Positions 10,336 through 20,420 of a stretch of 64,000 nucleotides of DNA are shown piece by piece. The notes under the pieces were generated by a model, which was given only the letters and a program-made list of their open reading frames with translations, did not search any database and was not told the DNA's origin. Origin of the DNA: Candidatus Uhrbacteria bacterium (lineage in GTDB: Bacteria > Patescibacteriota > Patescibacteriia > GWA2-47-26); contig JACPJN010000007.1 of assembly GCA_016187515.1 (NCBI GenBank), positions 4,046 through 68,045 of the forward strand, in the 5' to 3' direction. The position numbers and the translations under genes were made by a program. Each line of letters opens with the position of its first letter. Within the stretch, counting starts at the first letter, position 1.

Positions 10336-10881
10336 ATGCCCAAGCAGACACTCGACCTGGGACGGCGCTGGTACGCGATCCACACCTATTCCGGCTACGA
10401 GGAAAATGTCTCCACCAACTTAAAACAGCGCGTGGAGTCCATGGGGATCGAAGACAAAATCTTCAGCGTCTTGGTGCCCACCGAAAAGAAAATCAAAATT
10501 AAAAGCGGCCGCCGTAAAGTGGTGGAGGAAAAAATCTTCCCGGGATATGTGCTCGTGGAAATGATTGTCACTGACGATTCTTGGTATGTGGTGCGCAATA
10601 CTCCCAACGTCACCGGCTTTGTCGGTTCGGGCACCACGCCCACCCCGATTGCCGAGCTGGAGGTAAAAGCGCTGCTCAAGCGCACCCAAATTGAAGAGCC
10701 AACTTATACCATTGACGTCACCGTCGGCCAACCCGTGCAGATTACCGACGGCCCCTTCAAGGGATTTGAGGGCAAAGTTTCTCAAGTTGATGAGGCGCGC
10801 GGCAAAATCAAAGTCGTGGTCAGCATGTTCGGCCGCGAAACCCCGGTGGAATTGGACTTCCTGCAGATTAAAAAAATATAA
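10336..10881 (+). CDS. nusG: transcription termination/antitermination factor NusG
   Basis: 181 aa; NGN domain RWYAIHTYSGYEENV and C-terminal KOW (GPFKGFEGKVSQVD). Confidence 0.9.
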   Translation: MPKQTLDLGRRWYAIHTYSGYEENVSTNLKQRVESMGIEDKIFSVLVPTEKKIKIKSGRRKVVEEKIFPGYVLVEMIVTDDSWYVVRNTPNVTGFVGSGTTPTPIAELEVKALLKRTQIEEPTYTIDVTVGQPVQITDGPFKGFEGKVSQVDEARGKIKVVVSMFGRETPVELDFLQIKKI

Positions 10882-10887
10882 TACGCT

Positions 10888-11313
10888 ATGGCTAAGAAAA
10901 TCAAGACCATCATCAAACTCCAAATCCCGGCCGGCAAAGCCAATCCGGCCCCGCCGGTGGGTCCGGCGTTAGGCCAGCATGGCCTGAACATCGCGGAATT
11001 TTGCCAGAAATTCAATGCCGCGACTTCAAAAATGGGAGGCGATATAGTTCCGGTGGAAATTACCGTATTTGAAGATCGCACTTACACCTTCCGCACTAAA
11101 ACCCCTCCGGCTTCCGACCTGCTCAAGAAAGCCGCGGGCATTGAAAAGGGCTCCGGAAAACCGCTGACTGAAAAAATCGGCAAGGTCAGCCGGGCGCAAG
11201 TCCGGGAGATCGCGCTGCGCAAACTTCCGGATTTAAATACTAAGGACATTGAGAAAGCCATAAAAACCATCGCGGGTACAGCCAGACAAATGGGGCTGGA
11301 AGTTATCGGCTAA
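10888..11313 (+). CDS. rplK: 50S ribosomal protein L11
   Basis: 141 aa; [35 protein letters not shown] is canonical L11. Confidence 0.95.
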   Translation: MAKKIKTIIKLQIPAGKANPAPPVGPALGQHGLNIAEFCQKFNAATSKMGGDIVPVEITVFEDRTYTFRTKTPPASDLLKKAAGIEKGSGKPLTEKIGKVSRAQVREIALRKLPDLNTKDIEKAIKTIAGTARQMGLEVIG

Positions 11314-11339
11314 GCGGTCCTATTGGACCCAGACGACCT

Positions 11340-12020
11340 ATGACACATGGAACTAAATATCAAGCCGCCGCCAAACTCGTGGACCAAGATAAACTCTACA
11401 AACCGGAAGAGGCCTTGGAGCTCGTAAAAAAAACTTCCACGGCGAAATTTGACGCGGCGGTTGAAATCCACTGCCATCTGGGCATTGACGCGTCAAAAGG
11501 CACCGAGCAAGTCCGCAGTAACGTAAGTTTCCCGCACGGAACCGGCAAAACCAAAAAGGTCATCGCCTTTGTCGGCCCAACCTTGGAAAAGCAGGCCGAA
11601 GAGGCCGGCGCCGACATTGTCGGAAACGACCGCCTGATTGACGAGATCGCCGGCAGCGGCAAGATTGATTTTGACGTGGCGGTGGCCACTCCGGACATGA
11701 TGCCGCGCCTCGCCAAGATCGCCAAGATTCTTGGTCCCAAAGGACTAATGCCCAACCCCAAGTCCGAAACCGTCACTACGGACATTAAAAAAACCATTGC
11801 TGAATTAAAGCGCGGCAAAGTCAACTTCAAAAGCGATAATACCGGAAATGTGCACATCGCCATCGGCCGAGTTTCCTTTGAAACCGTAAAACTGCTGGAA
11901 AATTTTGAGAAATTCATGGACGCGCTGCGCCGCGCCAAACCCTCTTCTTCCAAAGGAATTTTTGTCCGCTCCTGCGCGGTCACCGCCACCATGGGCCCGG
12001 CGATCAAAGTGAGCATTTAA
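11340..12020 (+). CDS. rplA: 50S ribosomal protein L1
   Basis: 226 aa; typical L1 sequence and position after rplK. Confidence 0.95.
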   Translation: MTHGTKYQAAAKLVDQDKLYKPEEALELVKKTSTAKFDAAVEIHCHLGIDASKGTEQVRSNVSFPHGTGKTKKVIAFVGPTLEKQAEEAGADIVGNDRLIDEIAGSGKIDFDVAVATPDMMPRLAKIAKILGPKGLMPNPKSETVTTDIKKTIAELKRGKVNFKSDNTGNVHIAIGRVSFETVKLLENFEKFMDALRRAKPSSSKGIFVRSCAVTATMGPAIKVSI

Positions 12021-12022
12021 AT

Positions 12023-12592
12023 ATGATCTTAAGTGACCGCGACATCAAACGCGCCCTCGCTGAAGGCAGAATTAAGGTCGATCCCCTGCCTGATCTGGGA
12101 GTCCACCTTGGCCCTTGTTCGCTCGATTTCCAGCTTGGCACGACCTTGCGCGTTTTTGAATATACCAAGCACCCGGTGATTGATCCGCGTCAAAGGGAAA
12201 TGTTTGATAAACTCTCCCGCGAGCTGAATGTGCCGGAAGGAGAGAGTTTTATTATCCACCCGGGGGAACTAATCATTGCCTCTACTTTAGAATGGCTCGA
12301 ACTTTCCAATGACTTGGTCGGGCGCCTGGAAGGCCGCTCTTCACTCGGCCGCATCGGGGTGGTGGTCCATTCCACTGCCGCGCGCTTTGATCCGGGCTGG
12401 CGCGGCAGACCGGTACTGGAGCTTGGAAACCTCGGCCGCATTCCGGTCGCGCTTTTTCCCGGCATGCGCATTTGCTCATTTACGTTTGAGCAATTGTCTT
12501 CTCCTGCCGAGCAACTCTACCACACGCGCGCCACCTCAAAATATGCGAACCAAGAAGGGGCCAGTGCGTCTAAATTGGCAGACGAATTATGA
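12023..12592 (+). CDS. dcd: dCTP deaminase
   Basis: 189 aa; MILSDRDIKRALAEGRIKVDP... and SLGRIGVVVH motif; adjacent to dut. Confidence 0.8.
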   Translation: MILSDRDIKRALAEGRIKVDPLPDLGVHLGPCSLDFQLGTTLRVFEYTKHPVIDPRQREMFDKLSRELNVPEGESFIIHPGELIIASTLEWLELSNDLVGRLEGRSSLGRIGVVVHSTAARFDPGWRGRPVLELGNLGRIPVALFPGMRICSFTFEQLSSPAEQLYHTRATSKYANQEGASASKLADEL

Positions 12593-13017
12593 AGGTGCGC
12601 ATCCACAGAAAGGACTCCTCCGTACCCCTTCCGGAATACCAAACTCCCGGCTCGGTCGCGTTTGACCTTGCCGCCTCGGAAGATACCACGGTTCCCCCGC
12701 GTGAAATCCGGCTCATTCCTACGGGTCTGGTGATCTGCACCCCGCCGGGTCATATACTGCTGGTCGCCACCCGCTCATCCACACCAATGAAAAAGGGACT
12801 TATGCTTGCCAATGGCATTGGCATTATAGATCAAGATTTTTGCGGCCCGGATGACGAAATAAAATTGCAGCTTTTCAATTTTACCGACCAGCCCGTGGAA
12901 ATAAAAAAAGGCGACCGCCTCGCCCAGGGGCTTTTTCTCAAACTTGATCGTGTGGAATGGGAAGAAGTAAGCCAACTGGAGAATAAAACCCGAGGGGGAT
13001 TTGGCTCGACTGGGTGA
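12589..13017 (+). CDS. dut: dUTP diphosphatase
   Basis: 142 aa; dUTPase motifs (GSVAFDL, GIIDQDF, RGGFGSTG); 4-bp overlap with dcd. Confidence 0.9.
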   Translation: MKVRIHRKDSSVPLPEYQTPGSVAFDLAASEDTTVPPREIRLIPTGLVICTPPGHILLVATRSSTPMKKGLMLANGIGIIDQDFCGPDDEIKLQLFNFTDQPVEIKKGDRLAQGLFLKLDRVEWEEVSQLENKTRGGFGSTG

Positions 13018-13124
13018 CTGTAATTCAATTTCTCCCCCTTAAGATAAGGGGGAGCTAGAGGGGGTTATGACAATCTCAAAAGCGGCCATAGGGCCGCTTT
13101 TCTCTACTTGCCGCTTGCTCATTG

Positions 13125-13496
13125 CTACTTACTACTTTCCAATACTTCCTCATCCTCCGGCCGCCAGGCCGGATCAACAATTGCCAAAAATTTTAATTCG
13201 CGGTCCCCGGTATTTTCAATAGATTGTTTCCCGTTGGGAGGAATATAAATCGTGTCATCCGGCCCAACTTGTTCTGCTTCATCATCGATATGCATAATTC
13301 CCTCGCCCTCCAAAATATAATACACTTCGGAGGTCTTTAATCTATGCAATAGCGAGCGCTTATGGGGTTTCACTATCGCATGTACAATACTGTAACGCAA
13401 CGCAAGATCGGCTTTTGCCGGATGAATTGGTTCACGCAGAATAGTTTCATCTGCCGCCATAAATTCCTCCAAATCATGAAATTTCTTTATAAACAT
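13125..13496 (-). CDS. cupin-domain protein
   Basis: 123 aa; two-His cupin-like motifs, small beta-barrel size. Confidence 0.55.
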   Translation of the reverse strand: MFIKKFHDLEEFMAADETILREPIHPAKADLALRYSIVHAIVKPHKRSLLHRLKTSEVYYILEGEGIMHIDDEAEQVGPDDTIYIPPNGKQSIENTGDRELKFLAIVDPAWRPEDEEVLESSK

Positions 13497-13511
13497 AATC
13501 AGTTGTTAAAT

Positions 13512-13721
13512 TTACTTAACCACCGAATCCTGAACCCTAAAATACTGCTTAATGTACGCGACAAAGTCCTGACCACAATCAGCGCACAGATCAAAAGATA
13601 AGTTAAGGCCACTGCCGCGAACAGTCCCATCAACCCAGGGGGCATTTTTATTGATAGTATATACTCCGGGCGGCTTCTGCACTTCACATTTGTCACATTT
13701 ATTTATATTCATAACCGTCAT
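13512..13721 (-). CDS. small zinc-ribbon-like protein (hypothetical)
   Basis: 69 aa with CDKC...CADC pairs. Confidence 0.4.
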   Translation of the reverse strand: MTVMNINKCDKCEVQKPPGVYTINKNAPWVDGTVRGSGLNLSFDLCADCGQDFVAYIKQYFRVQDSVVK

Positions 13722-13851
13722 TCATTTTTTTAACTCCACTATTGTATCACCCCATGATTGATTGTCAAATATACAAATTAAATCGTATATAATGCCAAAT
13801 CCGTGGCAATCTGCGATCCGCGGCCATCTGTTACCCATCTGCGGGAATCTG

Positions 13852-14544
13852 TCATATCCTATAAACTACATCTTTTCTTTCCACCACAATTTCCCAGCCC
13901 TTCTTTTTCGCGGCTTGGTAAAGTCCGCGCGAGGGATTAAACGCGATCGCTCTTACCGCCAGCTTAAGCATGGAAATATCGCTTTCGCTATCCCCGACTG
14001 CCACCGAACCGCTAAGAGTCAAATTGTACTTTTTAACGACGTGTTTTACCAAAAACTCTTTATCAAAAACCGAATAAGTATAGCGCGCTTTACCGGTATA
14101 CCGCCTACGCGCGTCGGTTTCCAGCACCCAGCCATACGTTCTGTCAAACCGCAAAAACCGATTATACCAACGCACGATTTCAAACGGGGAGCCGGAAATT
14201 GCGACCAGAAAGTAATTTTTCTTGCGCAGTTTTTCAATCAAATCACGGGTAAAACGGTACACGTGCGATTTTTCCGCCGCAACCACGTCTCGAGATATGC
14301 GCCGCACATCCGCTTGCCGCTTGCCCTTAATGTGGCAAATAAATACTTTGACCAATTTCTCAAGATACGCGTCATAGGTGCCTTTGCGATTAAGCCAGGC
14401 GCGCAAATACGGCTCCACCTCGGCTCGCGCCCGCGCCGGAAAAATCCCCTCATTCACCAGATACGAAAACAGCCGCCGCGTCAAAGACGAGCGAAAAATC
14501 GTGCCATCAACATCAAAAACCGCGAGTTTTCTTTTGGTTGCCAT
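13852..14544 (-). CDS. HAD-superfamily hydrolase (subfamily IB-like)
   Basis: 230 aa; motif I VFDVDGTIF, later GDSESD. Confidence 0.7.
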   Translation of the reverse strand: MATKRKLAVFDVDGTIFRSSLTRRLFSYLVNEGIFPARARAEVEPYLRAWLNRKGTYDAYLEKLVKVFICHIKGKRQADVRRISRDVVAAEKSHVYRFTRDLIEKLRKKNYFLVAISGSPFEIVRWYNRFLRFDRTYGWVLETDARRRYTGKARYTYSVFDKEFLVKHVVKKYNLTLSGSVAVGDSESDISMLKLAVRAIAFNPSRGLYQAAKKKGWEIVVERKDVVYRI

Positions 14545-14574
14545 ATATTTTATTATACGCTATACTGTGAAACT

Positions 14575-15447
14575 ATGAAAGTATACCTAGACATCGTCCG
14601 TCACATTTTAGAGCATGGCGAAATGAAAGAAAACCGCACGGGCGTGCGGGCGCTTGCGATTGCCGGCGCGATGTTTGAACATGACCTGGCCTCGGGCTTC
14701 CCCCTGCTGACCACCAAAAAAATGCCGTTCAAAGTTGTGGCGACTGAACTGGAATTTTTTATTAAAGGCATTACGGACAAACAGTGGCTTAAAGACCGCA
14801 AATGCCACATCTGGGACGAATGGGCCAGCCCACGCCTCGCGGCATACGGACTCGACGAGGAATCCAAGCTGCGCATGCGCAACGAGCGCGATCTCGGACC
14901 AATTTACGGATTTCAGTGGCGTCATTTCGGAACGACATATCGTGGATATGAAGAGAATTATTCTGGCCAAGGCATCGATCAATTGAAAAATGTTGTTGAA
15001 AAATTAAAAAGCAATCCAAATGACCGTCGCATGATCGTTTCGGCGTGGAATCCCCTAGCACTTGGAGAGATGGGCCTACCGCCCTGCCATTATTCATTCC
15101 AAGTTACGGTGATCAATGGCCGGTTAAATCTGCTGTGGAACCAACGCTCGGTAGATACCATGCTGGGTTTGCCTTTCAACATTGCCAGTTATGCGTTGCT
15201 TTTGCATTTACTCGCCAAAGAGTCGGGGCTTAAAGAAGGAAAACTGGTGGGATTTCTCGGCGACGTCCACATTTATGAAAACCACGTCGAGGGCGCGCGC
15301 GAGCAAATTAGCCGCGATCCAAACACCTATCCCCTGCCCACCATCCAAACCGATCCCTGGACCGGCCTTTTCAACTGGGAAGCCCCGCATACACAACTTC
15401 TCGGCTACGAAAGTTATCCAAGAATTGAATTTGCGATTGCGGTGTAA
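14575..15447 (+). CDS. thyA: thymidylate synthase (ThyA)
   Basis: Start MKVYLDIVRHILEHGEMKENRTGV; conserved active-site region WNPLALGEMGLPPCHYSFQV; the tracked ORF 13762..15447 is an artefactual 5' extension antisense to the HAD gene. Confidence 0.9.
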   Translation: MKVYLDIVRHILEHGEMKENRTGVRALAIAGAMFEHDLASGFPLLTTKKMPFKVVATELEFFIKGITDKQWLKDRKCHIWDEWASPRLAAYGLDEESKLRMRNERDLGPIYGFQWRHFGTTYRGYEENYSGQGIDQLKNVVEKLKSNPNDRRMIVSAWNPLALGEMGLPPCHYSFQVTVINGRLNLLWNQRSVDTMLGLPFNIASYALLLHLLAKESGLKEGKLVGFLGDVHIYENHVEGAREQISRDPNTYPLPTIQTDPWTGLFNWEAPHTQLLGYESYPRIEFAIAV

Positions 15448-15450
15448 CCT

Positions 15451-16008
15451 ATGGCAGTATCTCTTATTGCGGCGGTTTCCAAAAATGGAGTGATTGGAGC
15501 GAAAAATGATCTACCTTGGTATTTGCCCGAGGACTTAAAGCATTTCAAAATGCTGACCACGGGAAAAACCGTGCTCATGGGCCGCAAAACCTTTGAGTCA
15601 ATTTTGAAGCGTCTTGGAAAACCCCTGCCGAATCGGAAAAATGTGGTGGTGACAAGGGATGTACATTACGCCCCCCCACCTCAATCCTCCCCCACCAGGG
15701 GGGAGGAAGCTCCCAAAAATTCCCCTCCCCTTGTGGGAGGGGCTAGGGGAGGGGGTGAGGGTGTATGCCTGCACCACTCGGTTGAAGAAGCGCTTGCGCA
15801 CCACCAAGACGAGGAGATAATGGTGGCCGGCGGCGGAGAAATCTTCAAGCAGACCATTGACCGCGCCGACCGGCTCTACATCACCGAGGTACACAAGGAA
15901 GTTCCCGGCGACGTGTATTTCCCCGCGATTGATCCGAACACTTGGAGCGAAACCGCGCGCGAAGACCACGAAGAGTTTTCGTTTGTAACCTACATTCGTA
16001 ATTCGTAG
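15451..16008 (+). CDS. folA: dihydrofolate reductase with in-frame REP-like insertion
   Basis: MAVSLIAAVSKNGVIGAKNDLPWYLPEDLKHFKMLTTGKTVLMGRKTFESI is canonical DHFR; ~30-aa insert PPPQSSPTRGEEAPKNSPPLVGGARGGGEGV encoded by the GGGGAG palindromic repeat at 15671-15765. Confidence 0.85.
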   Translation: MAVSLIAAVSKNGVIGAKNDLPWYLPEDLKHFKMLTTGKTVLMGRKTFESILKRLGKPLPNRKNVVVTRDVHYAPPPQSSPTRGEEAPKNSPPLVGGARGGGEGVCLHHSVEEALAHHQDEEIMVAGGGEIFKQTIDRADRLYITEVHKEVPGDVYFPAIDPNTWSETAREDHEEFSFVTYIRNS

Positions 16009-16040
16009 TATTCGCACAAGATTCGTAATTCGTACACACT
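15995..16040. repeat. TACGAAT element forming the tmk leader
   Basis: cattcgtaattcgtagtattcgcacaagattcgtaattcgtacacact then ATG. Confidence 0.65.
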
Positions 16041-16706
16041 ATGTTCATCGTAATTGAAGGAAGTGATGGCTCTGGCAAAGCCACCCAGCTTGAGCTGATT
16101 GCCAAACACCCTCAACTCCGGGGACAAACAATTACCACGATGGATTTTCCCCAGTACGGCCAAAAAAGCGCCGGCCTGGCCGAAGAATATTTGAATGGAA
16201 AATACGGCGGCGTGCGCGAGGTTTCGCCGTATATCGCCTCGCTCTTCTTTGCGGTGGATCGGTTTGACGCCAGTTTCAAAATTCGCGCGGCGGTAAGCGC
16301 GGGCAAGATCGTAATTTCCAACCGCTACACGCTCTCCAGCGCGGCCCATCAAGGCGCGAAAATAAAAAATTCTGACGAACGGCAAAAATTTTTCCACTGG
16401 CTTAACGAGCTGGAATATGATACGCTGAAGCTGCCCCGCCCGGACCTCACGATCTTTCTCCATGTTCCGGCCGAGATCGGCTATGAACTCATCCTAAAAA
16501 AGCAGCGCCGCGATTATCTGGGCGGGAAAGCGCGCGATATCCATGAGGCCGATCTTGAATACCTAAAAACCGTAGAACAAGCTTATCTCACCCTGTCGGA
16601 AAACGACCCGGCGATCCAGCGGATTGAGTGCGCGCCGGGCGGAATCCTTCTGCCTATCGAACAAATAAACGACTTAATTCTTCAAGAAATTCTCCGGCGA
16701 TTATGA
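16041..16706 (+). CDS. tmk: thymidylate kinase
   Basis: 221 aa; P-loop MFIVIEGSDGSGKATQ; start codon immediately follows a TACGAAT-repeat element with no SD. Confidence 0.9.
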   Translation: MFIVIEGSDGSGKATQLELIAKHPQLRGQTITTMDFPQYGQKSAGLAEEYLNGKYGGVREVSPYIASLFFAVDRFDASFKIRAAVSAGKIVISNRYTLSSAAHQGAKIKNSDERQKFFHWLNELEYDTLKLPRPDLTIFLHVPAEIGYELILKKQRRDYLGGKARDIHEADLEYLKTVEQAYLTLSENDPAIQRIECAPGGILLPIEQINDLILQEILRRL

Positions 16707-17395
16707 TATCCTTAGGCGAACTCATTAAAAAAGTGCTCCTGATTTATTCCGCCCATTTTCGGACTTTTCTGGGAATTCTAATCGCCACCCTTCTCTGGAA
16801 TATCGCGATTAACACCATTCCGGTAAGTATCTCAACCACCTTGCGTTTTGCCATCCCGACTTTTAGCGTCTCCTTCCTGATCGCGGCGTTTACCGAGCTG
16901 GCCTTGATTAAAAGCTACGCGAATTTTATTGAGGAGAAACCGGTTGCGTTGCGCGAGATATTTGCGCAAGCATTCCGAAAACTGCCTTGGTTTATTCTGA
17001 TCCTCCTCATTTGGATGACAATTATGCTGGTGGGGATCACCTTCCTGATTTTTCCGGCGATTATTTTCGGGGTGTGGTTCATATTTGTCGGAACCGTACT
17101 GATGCTGGAGGATGCCCGCGGCTTTAAGGTCTTCAAAAGGAGTAAGACGCTAACGGCCGGATTTTTCTTTCCTCTGCTCTTGCGCGCCGGAGCGATTACG
17201 GTGGCCGCTTTCTTTGTCGCAAGCGCCGCCTCCCAAGGATTTGCCGGCATTTTGACGGCACTCCTGGGTCCGGCTAATCCGTATGGCCCGGTGTTTAGCG
17301 CAATTGTTCGGGCGGTCCTTACGGCCCTGGCGCTTCCCATCATCAGCGGAACTGTCGTTACGCTGTATTTTGAGATGAGGAAATTAAAGGGATAA
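16703..17395 (+). CDS. polytopic membrane protein (hypothetical)
   Basis: ORF 16628..17395; probable start MISLGELIKK at 16703 overlapping tmk stop; about six TM helices. Confidence 0.5.
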   Translation: MISLGELIKKVLLIYSAHFRTFLGILIATLLWNIAINTIPVSISTTLRFAIPTFSVSFLIAAFTELALIKSYANFIEEKPVALREIFAQAFRKLPWFILILLIWMTIMLVGITFLIFPAIIFGVWFIFVGTVLMLEDARGFKVFKRSKTLTAGFFFPLLLRAGAITVAAFFVASAASQGFAGILTALLGPANPYGPVFSAIVRAVLTALALPIISGTVVTLYFEMRKLKG

Positions 17396-17473
17396 CGCGA
17401 ATCCTTACGCCGCGAATCGCGCGAATTATTCGCGTCATTGGCGGGGCAAAGCCCATCCGCGCAATCCTCGCAT

Positions 17474-19012
17474 ATGAATTACGAAGCAATAATCGGATTG
17501 GAAATTCATGTCCAACTTAAAACCAAGAGCAAGCTTTTTTGCGGTTGTGATAATCGCGGAGAAGATGCTCCGCCCAATACCACCGTCTGTCCTGTCTGTA
17601 TGGGACACCCAGGGGTGCTACCGGTTTTGAACAAGCAAGCGCTGGAGTTTGGAATCATGGCCGGACTCGCGCTTAACTGTACCATTCCGGAAAAAGCGAA
17701 ATTTGACCGGAAAAACTATTTTTATCCGGATTTACCGAAGGGCTATCAGATCTCGCAGTTTGACGAACCGATTTGTGTAAATGGACTGGTATCCATTGCG
17801 GTGCCCACGGCACAGAAAGACGCGCGCAAAAACGCGGACATCCGCATCACCCGTATCCATATGGAAGAAGACGCGGCGAAAAGCACGCATGCGGACGGCA
17901 AGACCTACGTGGACTTCAACCGCGCCGGAACTCCGCTTATTGAGACCGTTACCGAGCCGGATTTCCGCTCCCCGCTCGAGGCCAAAACCTTTCTCCAGGA
18001 GTTGCGCCGCATTATGCGCTATCTCGGCGTCTCTGACGCGGACATGGAAAAAGGGCACCTGCGCTGCGATGCGAATATCTCGCTCCGCCCTACTAACCAA
18101 GCTCCCCCCCTTAATGTAAGGGGGGGCACGGGGGGGTTATACCCCAAAACCGAAGTAAAAAATATCAACTCCTTCCGCGCGGTTGAGCGCGCGCTTCAAT
18201 ACGAAATTCAGCGGCAAACCAAGCTTTGGGACGATGGCAAACCGCCTGCGATCACGACAACCCGCGGTTGGGATGATGTGCAAGGGATTACCGTTGAACA
18301 GCGCAGCAAAGAGGACTCTGCCGATTATCACTATTTCCCCGAGCCGGACTTGCCCCCCTTGCTTCTGCGCGAAGTGGTTGACCAAGTACGCGGCCGCATG
18401 CCGGAACTGCCGCGAGCGCGCCGGCTGCGTCTTGCGGAGGAATATGGGTTTTCCCCAGGCGAGACCATGATTTTAACGGAAGAGAAACCGCTGGCGGATT
18501 ATACCGAGCAGGTAATGACCGAGCTGCAAACCTGGATACGCGACCTGGAAGAAGACGGTACCGAGGAGGAGAAATGGGAACGCAACAAAAAGAAACTGAC
18601 CAAACTGTTTTCCGGCTGGTTTATCACTAAACTTTTCGGGCTAATGGAAAAACACGCCGTGGATATTCGCACCATAAAAATCACCCCGGAAAATTTTGCG
18701 GAACTGCTGACCATGATTCACGCCAATCGCGTAAACTCGACCGCGGCGCTGCAAATTCTGGAAGAAATGTTACTCACGGGCGGCGATCCCAGCCAGATCA
18801 TGGAGGAAAAAAAGCTTGAGCAGGTCTCCAATAACGAGGAAATCACGCCGATTGTGCAGGACGTAATCGCGGCTAATCCACAAGCCATCGCTGACTTCAA
18901 AGCTGGCAAAGCTAACGCCCTACAATTCCTGGTTGGCCAGGTCATGAAATCCTCTCGCGGCAAAGCCAACCCGGACCTCGCCCAAAAACTCCTAAAAAAA
19001 CTGCTCCGCTAA
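17474..19012 (+). CDS. gatB: aspartyl/glutamyl-tRNA amidotransferase subunit B, with in-frame REP-like insertion
   Basis: Start MNYEAIIGLEIHVQL; conserved GatB regions; insert NQAPPLNVRGGTGGL encoded by palindromic repeat at 18100-18145. Confidence 0.9.
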   Translation: MNYEAIIGLEIHVQLKTKSKLFCGCDNRGEDAPPNTTVCPVCMGHPGVLPVLNKQALEFGIMAGLALNCTIPEKAKFDRKNYFYPDLPKGYQISQFDEPICVNGLVSIAVPTAQKDARKNADIRITRIHMEEDAAKSTHADGKTYVDFNRAGTPLIETVTEPDFRSPLEAKTFLQELRRIMRYLGVSDADMEKGHLRCDANISLRPTNQAPPLNVRGGTGGLYPKTEVKNINSFRAVERALQYEIQRQTKLWDDGKPPAITTTRGWDDVQGITVEQRSKEDSADYHYFPEPDLPPLLLREVVDQVRGRMPELPRARRLRLAEEYGFSPGETMILTEEKPLADYTEQVMTELQTWIRDLEEDGTEEEKWERNKKKLTKLFSGWFITKLFGLMEKHAVDIRTIKITPENFAELLTMIHANRVNSTAALQILEEMLLTGGDPSQIMEEKKLEQVSNNEEITPIVQDVIAANPQAIADFKAGKANALQFLVGQVMKSSRGKANPDLAQKLLKKLLR

Positions 19013-19185
19013 ATCCCCCTCCCTTAGGGTAAGGGAGGGCGGGGTGGGTTACGAAAATTTTCCTCCCCTGCCCGCGATTTTCCCCCCTGTCCCGATTCTC
19101 GAGAATCGAGGATCCTCGGCCGCAGCCGGGACCCGAGGGGGGATTAAGGGGGGTGGGAGCAAAGGAGGGGTCACACTATCACATC
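19012..19185. repeat. cluster of GGGGAG-type palindromic REP-like elements
   Basis: ccccctcccttagggtaagggagggcggggtgggttacgaa and further G/C-run inverted repeats between gatB and miaA. Confidence 0.7.
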
Positions 19186-20111
19186 GAAAACTTTTTCACG
19201 AGGCGCGCGGCTTCTTTTTTGCTGCGCACCCACACAATCCGCTTATCCCTCCGAAACCACGTCATCTGCCGACGGGAAAAATCTTTAATCGCGTGCGATA
19301 ATGCATCTACCATTGTTGTCAAATTCTCACGATCGTGAGAATTTGACGGTCGCTTTTTTGATTGCAGTCGGCGTAAATAATGACTCATATACCGATATTC
19401 GAGGCCGAATGATTCAAGGCGTTTCCAGGAAATGCCTTGGCGGTGCAAGCGCATCGCTTCCCCCATAAGCCCCTGCTTCAAGCGCGCCTTTAGGCGAGCG
19501 TCAATGCGTTTGTTAAGCACATCTCGTGGCACGGCAAGCCCGATCATTAATACCTTATAAGACGGCGCGTGTTTTTCGCGCTGTTTTGAAAGCGGCACTC
19601 CTGTGGCCAGACAAATCTCAATTGCCCGCTCCAGACGCCGGCGATTGTTTTTATCAATGACACGATATGTGGCAGGGTCTAATTTTTTTAATTTCGCACT
19701 TAATTTCTTCGTGCTCAATCGCGCAAGTCGCGCCCGCAACTTAAAATCCGGTGGCGCATCCGGCAGAACATATCCGTCCACTACCGCCTGCACATAAAGT
19801 CCGGTCCCGCCCACGAGAATCGGCAATTTCCCGCGCCCCAAAATATCCTCAATCGCCCGATACGCCCGCTTTTGATACTGCGCCAAGGTAAAATTCGTCT
19901 TGGGGCTTACCACATCAATTAAATGATGCCGCACGGCCCTATGCCCTTTGCCATAAGCCCTAAGCTCCTTCCCCGTCCCAATATCCATCCCGCGATACAC
20001 CTGCCGGGAATCTGCTGATACAATCTCGCCATTAAAACGCCGCGCCAAATCAACCGCGAGTTTGGTTTTCCCCGACGAAGTCGGACCGACAATAACAATA
20101 ATTTTTTGCAT
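19179..20111 (-). CDS. miaA: tRNA dimethylallyltransferase
   Basis: Start MQKIIVIVGPTSSGKTKLAVDLA (P-loop), conserved MiaA body. Confidence 0.9.
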   Translation of the reverse strand: MQKIIVIVGPTSSGKTKLAVDLARRFNGEIVSADSRQVYRGMDIGTGKELRAYGKGHRAVRHHLIDVVSPKTNFTLAQYQKRAYRAIEDILGRGKLPILVGGTGLYVQAVVDGYVLPDAPPDFKLRARLARLSTKKLSAKLKKLDPATYRVIDKNNRRRLERAIEICLATGVPLSKQREKHAPSYKVLMIGLAVPRDVLNKRIDARLKARLKQGLMGEAMRLHRQGISWKRLESFGLEYRYMSHYLRRLQSKKRPSNSHDRENLTTMVDALSHAIKDFSRRQMTWFRRDKRIVWVRSKKEAARLVKKFSM

Positions 20112-20127
20112 ATACAACTCAATCACC

Positions 20128-20420
20128 CCTCTTAAGATAAGAGGGGGTAGGGGGAGTTATGAACTATGTACATCTCGTAACCCCCTCTAACTCCCCCTTA
20201 CCCTAAGGGGGAGAATTTGATTGATTGTACCACAAAAAAAGAAAGGGCGCCCCGAAGGGAACCCGTGGAACACACTGCTTGGGTGGAACACCCTCACCCT
20301 ACCCTCTCCCATCAAGGGAGAGGGATTGCCCTTTTGCTTCCTCTCCCCTTTGTGGGAGAGGATTGAGGTGAGGGGGGCCCTACCGCGTTTCCCAGCCAAA
20401 ACGGCGCTGGAGCGCGCGGA
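20128..20420. repeat. cluster of REP-like palindromic elements
   Basis: cccctcttaagataagagggggtagggggagttatgaa...cgtaaccccctctaactcccccttaccctaaggggga and more copies to ~20420; tracked ORFs 20187..20552 and 20221..20607 here are artefacts. Confidence 0.7.

Noticed and set aside
13762-15447. 561-aa ORF in the six-frame track
   Set aside because: Its 5' 270 codons are antisense to the well-supported HAD hydrolase gene. The real gene is thyA, starting at 14575.
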